NCBI RefSeq assembly: GCF_009914755.1
Contig: NC_060948.1
From: the human T2T-CHM13v2.0 reference genome, Homo sapiens
DNA length: 64,000 nt
Reading direction: 5' to 3' (one strand)
Of this stretch, positions 39,271 through 51,619 are shown one piece after another (position 1 is the stretch's first letter; each line of letters starts with the position of its first letter). Made by a program: the position numbers and the translations under genes. The notes beneath the pieces were generated by a model, which was not told the DNA's origin, ran no database searches, and saw nothing but the letters and a program-made list of their open reading frames with translations.

Positions 39271-39989
39271 ATCAAAAAGGGGAAGGAGAGGGGAGAAGAG
39301 CAGCATAAGCAGCTGGCAGAGTCAGGGAAAGACCAGCAGAGAAGAAAGAAAGAGAGAAAGAGAGAGATGGAATTAGTAAGGAAAAAACAGCATACCCAAT
39401 TTATTTAAAAGCCAGGGTAAATTTAAAACCTATAATTGATAATTGAAGGTCTTCTCTGTAATCCTATAACACTCTAGTGCCACCTTGTTGTCAGTGTAAA
39501 CAAGGGTGCAGCCCAAAAGCACTGTGGCCATTGACAACCAATAGCTTTCCTATCAAAAATCCTTAACGCAGCATGTTTCCTAACCCAGGCTCTACATATT
39601 AATTAATTACCATACAAAGGTCTGACCAGACCTAGGAGGTGCTCCTTTCAGGACAGGAGGATAGATGGTTCCTCCTGGACTATTTAGGGAAAATGACACT
39701 ATGTATATTGAGTAAGTGATAAGGAAACTCTTTTAGAAGCAGAGTTAGGAAAATTGCCTAATAATTGATCTGCTCAAACGTGAGAGCTGTTTGCACTCAG
39801 CCAAACCTTAACATACATACAGAATCAGGGAAGAGACATCTATACCAATTCTAAGTTAATATGGACTGAATGAGGTCTTATTAATAGCAAAGAATAATTG
39901 AAATCTCACACTTACAAGGTTTTCAACAAAAGTAAAGTTTGCTAAAAGTTAACAGCGTAACATGTATTATCCTAACATAATCTTATGGA

Positions 39990-40620
39990 AATCAGACCCT
40001 ATCAGTGCCCCTCAAAGCTCAAGTCCATCATCACAGAGCCATACAACTAATACCCTTACTTATAGGATTAGGAATGGCCAGTGCTACAGGAAACTGAATA
40101 GCAGGTTTATCTACTTCATTATCCTAGTACCACACACTCTCAAAGGATTTCTCAGACAGTTTGCAAGAAATAACAAAATCTATCCTTACTTTATAATCTC
40201 AAATAGACTGGCAGCAGTGACTCTCCAAAACCACCAAGGCCTAGACCTCCTCACTGCTGAGAAAGGAGGACTTTGCACTTTCTTTGGGCCTTTGGGCAAG
40301 GGTATTGTTTTCACACTAAGCAGCCAGGGACAGTACAAGTTGCCACCTGGCATTTACTGATAAAGGCTTCTGAAATCAGACAATGCCTTTCAAACTCTTA
40401 TATTGACCTTTAGGGTTGGGCAACAAAGCTTTTCCCCTTTCTAGGTCATGACAGCCATCTTGCTATTACTTGCTTTCCGACCCTGTATTTTTAAACTCCT
40501 TATCAGATTTGTTTTCTCTAGGATCAAGGCCATTGAGCTACAGATGGTCTTACAAATGGAATCCAAAATGAGCGCAACTCATAACTTCTACCCATGACCT
40601 GTGGTTCAACCCACTGACCC
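39990..40620 (+). pseudogene. env: HERV9 env TM remnant
   Basis: LAAVTLQNHQGLDLLTAEKGGLC immunosuppressive domain. Confidence 0.85.
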
Positions 40621-40757
40621 TTTGGCCTAAAAAATTCCCCTCTGGAGGACACTAAAACTGCAGGGCCCCTTCTTTGCCCCTATCCAGCAGGCAGTAGCTA
40701 CAGCGGTCATCACTCGATTCCCAACAGCAGTTGGGATGTCCTGTTAAGAGGGGGAAT

Positions 40758-41195
40758 TGAGAGGTGAAGCCAGCTGGACTTCTTGGGTCAAATAGGGATT
40801 TTGGGAACTTTTCAGTAGCTAGCCAGAGGTGTGTAAAATGCACCAAACAGTGCTCTGTAAAATGGACGAATCGGCACTCTGTAAAATGGATTAATCATCA
40901 CTTGGTAAAATGGATGAATCAGCCCTCTTTAAAATGGGCCAGTCATCAGGACATGGACAGGGACAAATAAGGGAATAAAAGCTGGCCACCCCAGCCAGCA
41001 GTGGAAACCTGCTCGGGTCCCATTCCACGCTGTGGAAACTTTTTTCTTTCACTCCTCACAATAAAATTTGCTGCTTGTCACTCTTTATGTTTGTGCCATC
41101 TTTAAGAGCTGTAACACTCACCTCAAAGGTCCGAGGCTCCGTTCTCGAAGTCAGGGTGACCACAAATCCACTCTCAGGAAAAAATTCTGAACACA
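40758..41195 (+). mobile_element. 3' LTR12(F-like) with five 24-bp tandem units (40835-40950)
   Basis: PPT then TGAGAGGTGAAGCCAGC...GAACACA; AATAAA. Confidence 0.9.
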
Positions 41196-41340
41196 ATAGC
41201 TCATTGTAGCCTCCAACTCCTGTACTCAAATGATCCTCCCTGCTCAGCTTCCTGAGTAGCTGGGACTCAGTGGCAGATATCACCACTTCTGGCTAATTTT
41301 TTGAATGTAATTTTTGTACAGAGAGGATCTCACTATATTT

Positions 41341-41702
41341 TCATGCCTCAGCCTCACAAGCATCTGGTAGCACATGCCTGGGATATATATATATTTATTT
41401 TATTATATTATATATATTTTTATTATACTTTAAGTTTTAGGGTACATGTGCACACCGTGCAGGTTTGTTACATATGTATACCTATACCATGTTGGTGTGC
41501 TGCGCCCATTAATTCATCATTTACATTAGATATATTTATATCTATGTATCTATCTATCTATCTACCTATCTATACAGTATTTCTAGGAATGATGGAGTTT
41601 GTCATATTGGCCAGGCTGGCCTCGAATTCATGACTTCAAGTGATCCATCCACTTTGGCCTGCAAAGTCCTGGGACAACAAGTGTGAGCCACTGTGCTTGG
41701 CC
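41341..41702 (-). mobile_element. Partial Alu with a short L1PA 3' tail (~41395-41530) in its linker
   Basis: ttatactttaagttttagggtacatgtgcac between Alu halves. Confidence 0.7.
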
Positions 41703-41917
41703 ATATATTCCATCTTTTCATACAGCTGTGAGTGGGGCAAGTTCCTTGTTAATTATTTTTTCCTATCAATATTGCTTTCAACATCACCTGAGCACTAATT
41801 ATTTGAAGATGTAACCATTTGTGCATTTATCTAATTTCTGCAACAAAGCAGCCTCTTTCTCTGCTTGCACAAAGAGCAGACATAAAGAATGAAATAGCGC
41901 AACCTTGGGGGAAATAC

Positions 41918-42053
41918 CTCCTGGAGAGACTCCTGATATTCATTCCTCTCTTTTTCCAATGCATTGCTCCTTGGACACAACACTTGGCTTCTTGGAGTCA
42001 GGATACCATGCCCCTCACTTCCTTGCAGCTGGAAGGACTTGGGACCCAGATGT
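41918..42053 (-). pseudogene. Candidate exon (phase 2 to 0)
   Basis: ttttttcattatgcaccag|...gag|gtattt; 136 nt open HLGPKSFQLQGSEGHGILTPRSQVLCPRSNALEKERNEYQESLQE. Confidence 0.55.
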
Positions 42054-42139
42054 CTGGTGCATAATGAAAAAAAGTATTGCCCTGGGACATCTTCCAGAGG
42101 CCTCTTAGGAAGAACTGCTTCACATCTTTTCTATTTGTC

Positions 42140-42565
42140 TACATTTTATTTTATTTGTAGGGTGGGGGTCTCACTTTGTTGCCCAGGCTGTTGTTGAACT
42201 TTGAGATCAAGTGGTCCTCCTGAGTCAGTCTCCTAAATAGCTAGGACTACAGTGTGCACCACCATGCCCAGCTAATTTTATTATTTTGTGTGTATGCATG
42301 TGTAGGGATGGGATTTCACTTTGTGCCCAGGCTGGTGTCAAACATCTCAGCTCAAGTGGTCTCCCTTCTCAGCCTCCTGAGTAGCTAGGACTATGAGCTT
42401 GCACCACCATGTCTAATGGCTAATTTTACTATTATTGTGTGTGTGTGTAGAGACGGGAATCTGTTATGTTGTCCAGGCTGGTCTTGAAATCTTAAGCTCA
42501 AGCAATCCTTCCACCTAAGCCTCCCAAAGTGCTGGTATTATAGATGTGAAACATTGTACCCTGAG
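42140..42565 (-). mobile_element. Trimeric Alu-monomer array
   Basis: Three head-to-tail units of ~140 bp. Confidence 0.7.
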
Positions 42566-42619
42566 TCAACTTTTTCTATTGGCCCACTTCTATCCTCCCA
42601 TCAGAAAGAGGGACACCAC

Positions 42620-44318
42620 CTTGGGCCAACAGAACCAAGACTAGCCTCCCTCCCCCAGTGGTGGATCACTCAGGAGGCTTTGGTCTGCATGCCTGGGGAC
42701 TGGCATGGGCAGGAGAAGGGTGAAACACATATATATCTTTTTTGCAACACTGTTCATTTGGATTTCTGTGTTTCACAGATGAACTTTTATTATTATTATT
42801 ATTATTATTATTATATTGTATATATACATACTATATATATAATAATATAATATATTATATATATTATTATAATGCTTTACATTCTGGGTTACATTTGAAG
42901 AACATGCAGGTTTGTTACATAGGTATACATGTGTCAAGGTGGTTTGCTGCACCCATCAGCCCATCATCTACCTTAGGTATTTCTCCTAATGCTATCTGTC
43001 ACCAGCCTCTCCATCCCCTGACAGGCCCCTGTGTATGATGTTCCCCTCTATATATCCATGTGTTCTCATTATTCACCTCCCACTTATGAGTGAGAACATG
43101 CAGTGTTTGATTTTCTGTTCTTGTGTTGGTTTGCTGAGAATGATGGTTTCCAGCGTGATCCATGTCCCTGCAAAGGACATGAACTCATCCTTTTTTATGG
43201 GTGCATAGTATTTCTTGTGGTATATGTGCCACGTATCCTTTATCCAGTCTGTCATTGATAGGTTGGTTCCAAGTCCTTGCTGTTGTGAACAGTGCCGCAA
43301 TAAACATACATGTGCCTATGTCTTTATAGTAGAATGATTTATAATTCTTTGGGTATATACCCAGTAATGGGATTACTGGGTCAAATGGTATTTCTAGTTC
43401 TAGATCCTTGAGGAATCGTCACACTGTCTTCCACAATGGTTGAACTAATTTACACTCCAGCAACAGTGTAAACACCTTCCTATTTCTCCACATCCTCTCC
43501 AGCATCTGTTGTTCTCTAACTTTTTAATGATTGTCATTCTAACCGCTGTGAGATGGTATCACATTGTTTTTTTAATTTGCATTTCTCTAAAGACCCATGA
43601 TTATGAGCTCTTTTTCATATGCTTACTGACTGCATAAATGTCTTCTTTTGAGAAGTGTCTGTTCATATGCTTCACCAAATTTTTAATGGGGGTGTTTTTT
43701 TTCTTTTAAATTTGTTTAAGTTCTTTGCAGATTCTGGCTATTAGCCCTTTGTCAGATGGGTAGATTGCACAAAATTTCTTCCATTCTGTAGGTTACCTGT
43801 TCACTCTGATGATAGTTTCTTTGGCTGTGCAGAAGCCCTTTAGTTTAATCAGATGCCATTTGTCAATTTTGGCTTTTTCTTTGCCTTTGCTTTTGGTGTT
43901 TTAGTCATGAAGACTTTGACCATGCCTATGTCCTGAATGGTATTGCTTAGGTTTTCTTCTAGGATTGTTATGGTTTTAGGTCTTACATTTAAAGCCCTAA
44001 TCCATCTTCAGGCATATTATAATTTTTGTATAAGGCGTAAGGAAGGGATCCAGTTTCAGCTTTCTGCTTATGGCTAACAAGATTTCCCAACACCATTTAT
44101 TATATTGGGAGTCTTTTCTCCATTGCTTGTTCTTGTCATGTTTGTCAAAGGAACTGAATCTTAATGGAGGTGGGACTCCCTATCCATTTTGCAAATGTTT
44201 GCAGTAAAATAACATTTTGGTTAATGCACAGGGCATTGCATTTATAACAGTAAGAAGTGTGGTATGAAGGTGCAGTGGTGAAAGACAGGTGAGCATTCAC
44301 ATGTGATAAAATCTTTAT
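42620..44318 (-). pseudogene. Candidate 329-nt exon (phase 0 to 2) split by an L1
   Basis: ctttatctctggttcag|; 44318-44151 open 56 codons; frame continues 42780-42620 (two TGA) to ccaag|gtggtg. Confidence 0.55.
42786..44150 (-). mobile_element. 5'-truncated L1PA (about L1PA7-8)
   Basis: 3' UTR and ORF2 end, (TAT)n tail; short TSD gaact at 42781-42785 and 44151-44155. Confidence 0.9.
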
Positions 44319-44489
44319 CTGAACCAGAGATAAAGTCGAGAATAGTAACAGGTGGATTATGAGTTTCCCTGTTCCTTGATGCTCTCTTCTGTCCACTGGG
44401 CTTCTCCTACATGCCACAGAAGCCACCTGAATCCACACTACCTCACCCCATCTCCATCCCACCTCACTGCCTTCTCTCTCTCTTTTTTC

Positions 44490-44855
44490 CTTGATAAATG
44501 GTTCCAACCCATCACCCAGGCTGGATGTGACCATGGCTCACTGCAGCCTCCTCCTTCCAGGCTCAAGCAATTCTCCCACCTCAGCTTCCTGATTAGCTAG
44601 GACTACAGGCATGTACTGCAATATCTGGCTTATTATTTATTTATTTATTTTTTTGGATATAGTGTCTCACTCTATCACCCAGGCTGAAGTGCAAGGATAT
44701 GATTTTGGCTCACTGCTGCCTCAACCTCCCAGGCTCAGGTGATACTCCTACATCAGCCTCCCAAGTAGTTGAGACCACAGAAGGATGCAACCACAGCTGG
44801 CAAATTTTGTTTATTTTTCAGTAGGGATAGGGTCTCACCATTTTGTCCAGGCTCC
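44490..44855 (-). mobile_element. Alu fragments (J-like)
   Basis: Two right-arm units and a partial left arm. Confidence 0.75.
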
Positions 44856-44933
44856 CACTGTGTTTTCATGTGGTCCTTGAGTGGGTATAAGTTTCAGCCT
44901 TCATGCATATTTCAACAAATTGCAAATGTTTAC

Positions 44934-45089
44934 ATTTTTGTACTGTATGGATGCCACTCCAAAGATTTGCAAAAAACTGATCTGGAAATGCAGACAGGGT
45001 TGACCACCTGGAGTAATTGTCATGCCATTTCTTGTTCCCTTCTCCCAATTAAAGCCTACCCAGTCTGGGCCAATAACTGAATCAAAGAC
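44934..45089 (-). pseudogene. Candidate exon (phase 0 to 0)
   Basis: tgtatag|...aat|gtaaac (acceptor weak, Alu adjacent); 156 nt open VFDSVIGPDWVGFNWEKGTRNGMTITPGGQPCLHFQISFLQIFGVASIQYKN. Confidence 0.55.
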
Positions 45090-45104
45090 CTATACATGTA
45101 ACAA

Positions 45105-45582
<478 letters not shown>

Positions 45583-45599
45583 AATATGTCTATTTTTAA

Positions 45600-46130
45600 A
45601 GATGCTCATACATATTTATTTTAAAAGTTTGCAGAATGAGAAATGAAAACATATTTCCATGCAAAAACTTGGACACAAATGTTCTTAGCAGCACTATTCA
45701 CAATCGTTTTCAAAAGATGGAAACAACATAATTGTCTGTTAATAGATGAACTGGATAAACAAAATACAGTCTATGCAATGGAATAATATTCAGCCATTAC
45801 AAATGAATAAAGTTCTTATTCATTCTAAAATGTGGATGAACCTTGAAAACAACACGCTTAGTGAGAGAAGCCAGAAACAAATGGTCACATAGCATAGGAT
45901 TCCATTTATATAAATGTCCATGGCAGGCCGATCCATAGGGACAGAAAGTTGATTGCTGGTTGCTAGAGACTGAGAAGGAGGAATAGAGAGTGAGTGCTTA
46001 ATGGGTACCAGATCTCTTTTGGGCGTGATGAAAATGTTCCAGAACTAGATAAAAGTGATTTTTGAACAAGTCTGTGAAAAGGCTGATAGTCGTTACACTA
46101 CACCATTTAACAAAGTGAATTGTATACTAT
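45600..46130 (+). mobile_element. L1MB-like 3' end
   Basis: tggatgaaccttgaaaac...gattccatttatata...gatgaaaatgttc. Confidence 0.75.
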
Positions 46131-46133
46131 TAA

Positions 46134-46621
46134 CATTACTGGTCTGGTCCCAGTACAGACCCCAAGAGAGGTTTCTTGGACTTCAAGTGAGGAAGAATTC
46201 ATGAAAACTCCACAGAGTAAAGTGAAAGCAAATTTATTAAGAATGTAAGGGAATTAATGAATGGCTACTCCATAGGCAAAGCAGCAGCATGAGCTGCTCA
46301 CTGACAATTTTTATGTTACTTATTGATTATATGCTAAACATGGCCTATATTATTCATGAGTTTTCCAGGAAAGGGGTGGGCAATTCCTGGAACTGGAGGT
46401 TCCTCCCCAACTTTAGACCATATGGGGTAACTTTCTGACATTGTTATGGCGTTTGCAATCTCTCATAGCACTGGTGGGAGTGTCTTATAGCATGCTAATA
46501 CATTATAATTAGCATATAATGAGCAGTGGGCACTACCAGGGGTCACTCTCATCACCATCTTGGCTTTGGTGGGATTTGGCTGGTTTCTTTGTTGCATTCT
46601 GTTTTATCAGCAAGGTCTTTA
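46134..46621 (-). mobile_element. MER41B-like LTR, 5' end truncated
   Basis: cagaccccaagagagg...gaatggctactccatagg...ctgttttatcagcaaggtcttt. Confidence 0.85.
46363..46392. promoter_or_regulatory. Tandem GAS-like (STAT) motifs TTCCAGGAA and TTCCTGGAA
   Basis: Two TTC-N3-GAA sites, starts 21 bp apart, inside MER41B; activity unknown. Confidence 0.5.
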
Positions 46622-46753
46622 TCAGTGGCAGAAGAAGGTGCAGGTGTTTTGTCCATCGTATGTCCAGGCTCAGGTTGCTGCTTCAGAAGGCATCATTCTC
46701 CTAGGGAGTCAGGAATTCAACCTTGGGGTTATTCTTGAAAAGCATCCTTGGCT
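46622..46753 (-). pseudogene. Candidate exon fragment (phase 1 start), cut by MER41B
   Basis: EPRMLFKNNPKVEFLTP*ENDAF*SSNLSLDIRWTKHLHLLLPL; weak acceptor. Confidence 0.3.
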
Positions 46754-46769
46754 CTCAGCCATGAAGTTA

Positions 46770-46890
46770 GTTCAGTGTTGAACTTCACCCCTAGAGTTTC
46801 TGACCCAGCAAATCTAGAAGTAACCCAAGAATCTGCATTTTGAAGATATCACCAGGTGCCACTGTTGCTGGTGGTCTTTGAGAATTGCCC
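46770..46890. mobile_element. MER5A-like fragment
   Basis: cccctagagtttctga...cccaagaatctgcatttt...ctttgagaa. Confidence 0.6.
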
Positions 46891-46958
46891 AAATCTAAGG
46901 TTCTGTGCTACATTTATCACCCAAGGGGAAAGGTTGGTCTTTCAAGTGGAAACCAAAC

Positions 46959-47087
46959 CTGAAGGCATCATGTCATCCAGGTATTCAGGAAGTAGATAAA
47001 AGAGAGAGGGCAGAAAGACAGCTAGAGAGTAGCTGTCCAGTAGAGTGGAAAAAATTGACATGCACATTATGAATGAATAAGCTGCTT
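46959..47087 (-). pseudogene. Candidate exon (phase 1 to 1)
   Basis: tcttctgctatgtttgcag|...tcag|gtttgg; 129 nt open EAAYSFIMCMSIFSTLLDSYSLAVFLPSLFYLLPEYLDDMMPS. Confidence 0.55.
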
Positions 47088-47164
47088 CTGCAAACATAGC
47101 AGAAGAGTCAGAGACAGGCATGTTCACAAGGCCTGTGGTTAGTGATCGTTGGATGTTAAAGATT

Positions 47165-47475
47165 GTTTTTTTCTCTAATAGAGACACAATCTTGCTCTGT
47201 CACTCAGGATGGAGTACAGTCGCACCATCATAGCTCAATGTAGCCTCAAATTCTTGAGCTGAAGAAATCCTCCCACCTCAGTTTCCTGAGTAGCTAAGCG
47301 AACAGGTATGCATCACCATGCCTGGCTACTATTTTATTTTATTTATTTATTTATTTTTATTTTGTGTAGAGTCGGGATCTTGTTATTTTGTCCAGGCTGA
47401 TCTCAAATTCCTAGCCTCAAGCCATTATTTCATCTTGGCCCTTGGGATTATAGGCATGGACCACCTTGCCTGGCC
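47165..47475 (-). mobile_element. Alu (J-like)
   Basis: Dimeric Alu. Confidence 0.85.
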
Positions 47476-47517
47476 AAATTCAGGATTTTAAAGAAAATCA
47501 TCACAAATTTCTATTGC

Positions 47518-47635
47518 CTGTTGACATAGTCTTATATTCACTTCTCATCCTCAACTTTCCAGTTTTGTGCTCCATGAAGTCAATCCTGGTGGGTACTGGT
47601 AATGAAGCCTTTTCCCATCACATGACCAAGAAGAT
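47518..47635 (-). pseudogene. Candidate exon with frameshift and non-GT donor
   Basis: attctag|...cag|gcaata; xLLGHVMGKGFITST / RIDFMEHKTGKLRMRSEYKTMST. Confidence 0.3.
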
Positions 47636-47918
47636 CTAGAATCTAAAATTCCCAAATGCACCCTCAACCATCTGCATGGGACCTTCAGCTTGCCTGAGAG
47701 CTAGACTCTAGCAACTCCATGGAGGACATGGGACTCCAGTTCCCACTTAATATTCTGAATCTCTGCTGTATGCTGTGCTATAATCCCAGTACTTTGGAAA
47801 GCTGAAGCAGGGTGATGGCTTGAGCACAGATATTCAACACTCCAGCAAGCTGCAATAGCACCACTGTATTCCAGCCTGGGAAACAAAGGAAGTCCCTGTT
47901 GAAAACAAATCTGAGTCT

Positions 47919-48490
<572 letters not shown>

Positions 48491-48571
48491 GGCTTTTTAA
48501 CTTCCTCGTGTCTTGTGAGTGGTTTTTCTCTGCAACAATCTTCCTTATTATTTGTTCTTAGCCTCACTCAC

Positions 48572-48657
48572 AAAGACATAAGCAAATGCCCTCTCTACCA
48601 CCTATACCTCTAACTTTCACAAACGATTCCACCTGGAGGAAGCCCTGGTCGCCAGTT
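48572..48657 (-). pseudogene. Candidate exon (phase 2 to 1)
   Basis: gtttttag|...ttt|gtgagt; 86 nt open TGDQGFLQVESFVKVRGIGGREGICLCL. Confidence 0.5.
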
Positions 48658-48699
48658 CTAAAAACTATTCACATAATCTCCCTTTGTGCAAATGAGCTG

Positions 48700-48820
48700 C
48701 ATGCATTTTCCACAGATGCTTTCATCAAGTACGACAGACTGGGTGACGTCCATAACAGAAAGCTACTGTTTTTACAGTTCTGGAGGCCAGAAGAAGTCTG
48801 AGCACAAAATGTCAGTGGGT
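48700..48820 (-). mobile_element. MLT1 fragment
   Basis: acagactgggtg...acagttctggaggccagaa. Confidence 0.55.
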
Positions 48821-51463
48821 TTATAGTCCCTTGGGTATATACCCAGTAATGGGATGGCTGGGTCAAATGGTATTTCCAGTTCTGGATCCCTGAGGAGTCA
48901 CCACACTGATTGACAGTTGGGTGTTAATGTCTCCCATTATTATTGTGTGGGAGTCTAAGTCTCTTTGTAGTTCCGTAAGGCCTTCCTTTATGAATCTGGA
49001 TCCTCCTGTATTGGGTTCATATGTATTTAAGATAGTTCGATCTTCTTGTTGTATTGATCCCTTACCATTATGTAATGGCCTTCTTTGTCTCTTTTGATCT
49101 TTGTTGGTTTAAAGTCTGTTTTATCAGAGACTAGAATTGCAACCCTTGTCTTTTTTTCTTTTCAATTTTCTTGTTAGATCTTCCTCCATTACTTTATGTT
49201 GAGCCTATGTGTGTCTCTGCACGTGAGATGGGTCTCCTGAATACAGCACACTGATGGGTCTTGACTCTTTATCTAATTTGACAGTCTGTTTCTTTTAATT
49301 GGAATATTTAGTCCATTTATATTTAAGGTTATTATTGTTATATGTGACATTGATCCTATCCTTGTGATGTTAGCTGGTTATTTTGCTCATTAGTTGATGC
49401 AGTTTCTTCCTAGCATTGACGGTCTTTACAATTTCTCTTGTTTTTGCAGGGGCTGTTACTGGTTGTTCCTTTCCATGTTTAGTGCTTCCTTCAGGAGCTC
49501 TTGTAGGGCAGGCCTGGTGGTGACAAAATCTCTCATTTGCTTGTCTGTATATGGTTTTATTTCTCTTTCACTTATGAAGCTTAGTTTGGCTGGATATGAA
49601 ATTCCAAGTTGAAAATTCTTTTCTTTAAGAATGTTGAATATTGGCCCCCACTCTTTCCTGGCTGTAGAGTGTCTTTGAGTGATCCACTGTTAGTCTGATG
49701 GGTTTCCTTTCATGGGTAATCCGACCTTTCTCTCTGGTTTCCCTTAACATTTTTTCCTTCCTTTCAACTTTGGTGAATCTGACAATTATGTGTCTTGGAG
49801 CTGCTTTTCTTGAGAATTATCTTTGTGGCATTCTTTGTATTTCATGAATTTGAATGTTGGCTTGCCTTGCTAGGTTGGGGAAGTTCTCCTGGATAATATC
49901 CTGCAGAGTGTTTTCCAACTTGGTTCCATTCTCCCCATCACTTTCAGGTACACCCATCCAACATAGATTTGGTCTTTTTACATAGTCTGATATTTCTTGG
50001 AGGCTCTGTTCATTTCTTTTTACTCTTTTTTTCTCTAAAATTCTCTTCTCACTTCATTTCATTTATTTAATCTTCAATCACTGATACCCTTTCTTCCAGT
50101 TGATTGAATCAGCTATTGAAGCTTGTGCATTCATCACATAGTTCTCATGCCATGGTTTTCATCTCCATCAGGTCTTTTAAGGACTTCTCTACACTGGTTA
50201 TTCTAGTCAGCCATTTGTCTGATCTCTTTTCAAGGTTTTAGCTTTTTTGCGTTGGGTTCAAACTTCCTCCTTTAGCTCAGAGAATTTTGATCATATGAGG
50301 CCTTCTTCTCTCAATTGGTCAAAGTCATTCTCCATCCAGCTTTGTTCCTTTGCTGTCAAGGAGCTGCATTCCTTTGGAGGGGGAGAGATGTTCTGATATT
50401 TAGACTTTTCAGCTTTTCTGCTCTGTTTTTTCCCCATGTTTATGGTTTTATCTACCTTTGGTCTTTGGTGATAGTGAGGTACACATGTGGTTTTGTTGTG
50501 CATGTCCTTTCTATTTGTTAGTTTTCCTTCTAACAGTCAGGGCCCTCAGCTGCAGGTCTGTTGGAGCTTGCTGGAGGTCCACTCCAGACCCTCTTTTCCT
50601 GGGTATCAGCAGCAGAGGCTGCAGAACAGTGAATATTGCTGAACAGCAAATGTTGCTTCCTGATCATTCCTCTGGAAGCTTCATCTCAGAGGGTTACCCA
50701 GCCATGTGAGTTATCAGTCTGCCCCTGCTGGGCAGTGCCTCCCAGTTAGGCTACTCGGGGTTCAGGGACCCACTTGAGGAGGCAGTGTGTCCATTCTCAG
50801 ATCTCAAACTCCGTGTTGGGAGAACCTCTACTGTATTCAAAGCTGTCAGACAGGGACATTCATGTCTGCAGAGATTTCTGCTGCCTTTTGTTCAGCAGTG
50901 CTCTGCCCCGAGGTGGAGCCTACAGAGGCAGGCAGGCCACCTTGAGCTGTGGTGAGCTCCACACAGTTCAGGCTTCCTGGCTGCTTTGTTTACATACTCA
51001 AGCCTCAGCAATGACGGGCACCCCTCCCCCAGCCTCACTGCTGCCTTGCAGTTTGATCTCAGACTGCTGTGCTAGCAATGAGTGAGGCTCCGTGGGCATG
51101 GGACCCTCCAAGCCAGGTGCTGGATGTAATCTCCTGTATGTCCCATTTGCTAAGACCGTTAGAAAAGCGCAGTTTTAGGGAGGGAGTGACCCAATTTTCC
51201 AGGTGCCCTCTGTCACCCCTTCCCTTGGCTAGGAAAGGGAATTCCCTGACCCCTTGCACTTCCTGTTTGAGGTGATGCCTCACCCTGCTTCAGCTCACAC
51301 TCAGTGGGTTGCACCCACTGTCCTACCCCCACTGTCTGACAAGCCAGTGAGATGAACCTGGTACTGCAGTTGGAAATGCAGAAATCGCTTATCTTCTGTG
51401 TCACTCACACTGGGAGCTGTAGACTGGAGCTGTTCCTATTTGGCCATCTTGGAACCGCGCCCC
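48821..51463 (-). mobile_element. L1PA with intact 5' end, most of ORF2 deleted (junction ~48910) and tail lost
   Basis: 5' UTR, ORF1 and EN start joined to 90 bp from near the ORF2 end. Confidence 0.9.
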
Positions 51464-51464
51464 C

Positions 51465-51619
51465 ACACACATTTTCTTTATCAAGCCTATTATTGATGGA
51501 CATTTGGATTGGTTCCAAATCTTCCCTATTGTGAATAATGCCACAATAAACATACATGTGCATGTGTCTTTATAGTAGCACGATTAATAATCTTTTGAGT
51601 ATATACCCAGTAATGGGAA
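51465..51619 (-). mobile_element. Separate L1 3'-region fragment
   Basis: cacattttctttatc...tatatacccagtaatggga. Confidence 0.8.

Noticed and set aside
40835-40950. Regular 24-bp repeats resembling a CRISPR array
   Set aside because: No spacers; these are LTR12 U3 tandem units in a primate genome
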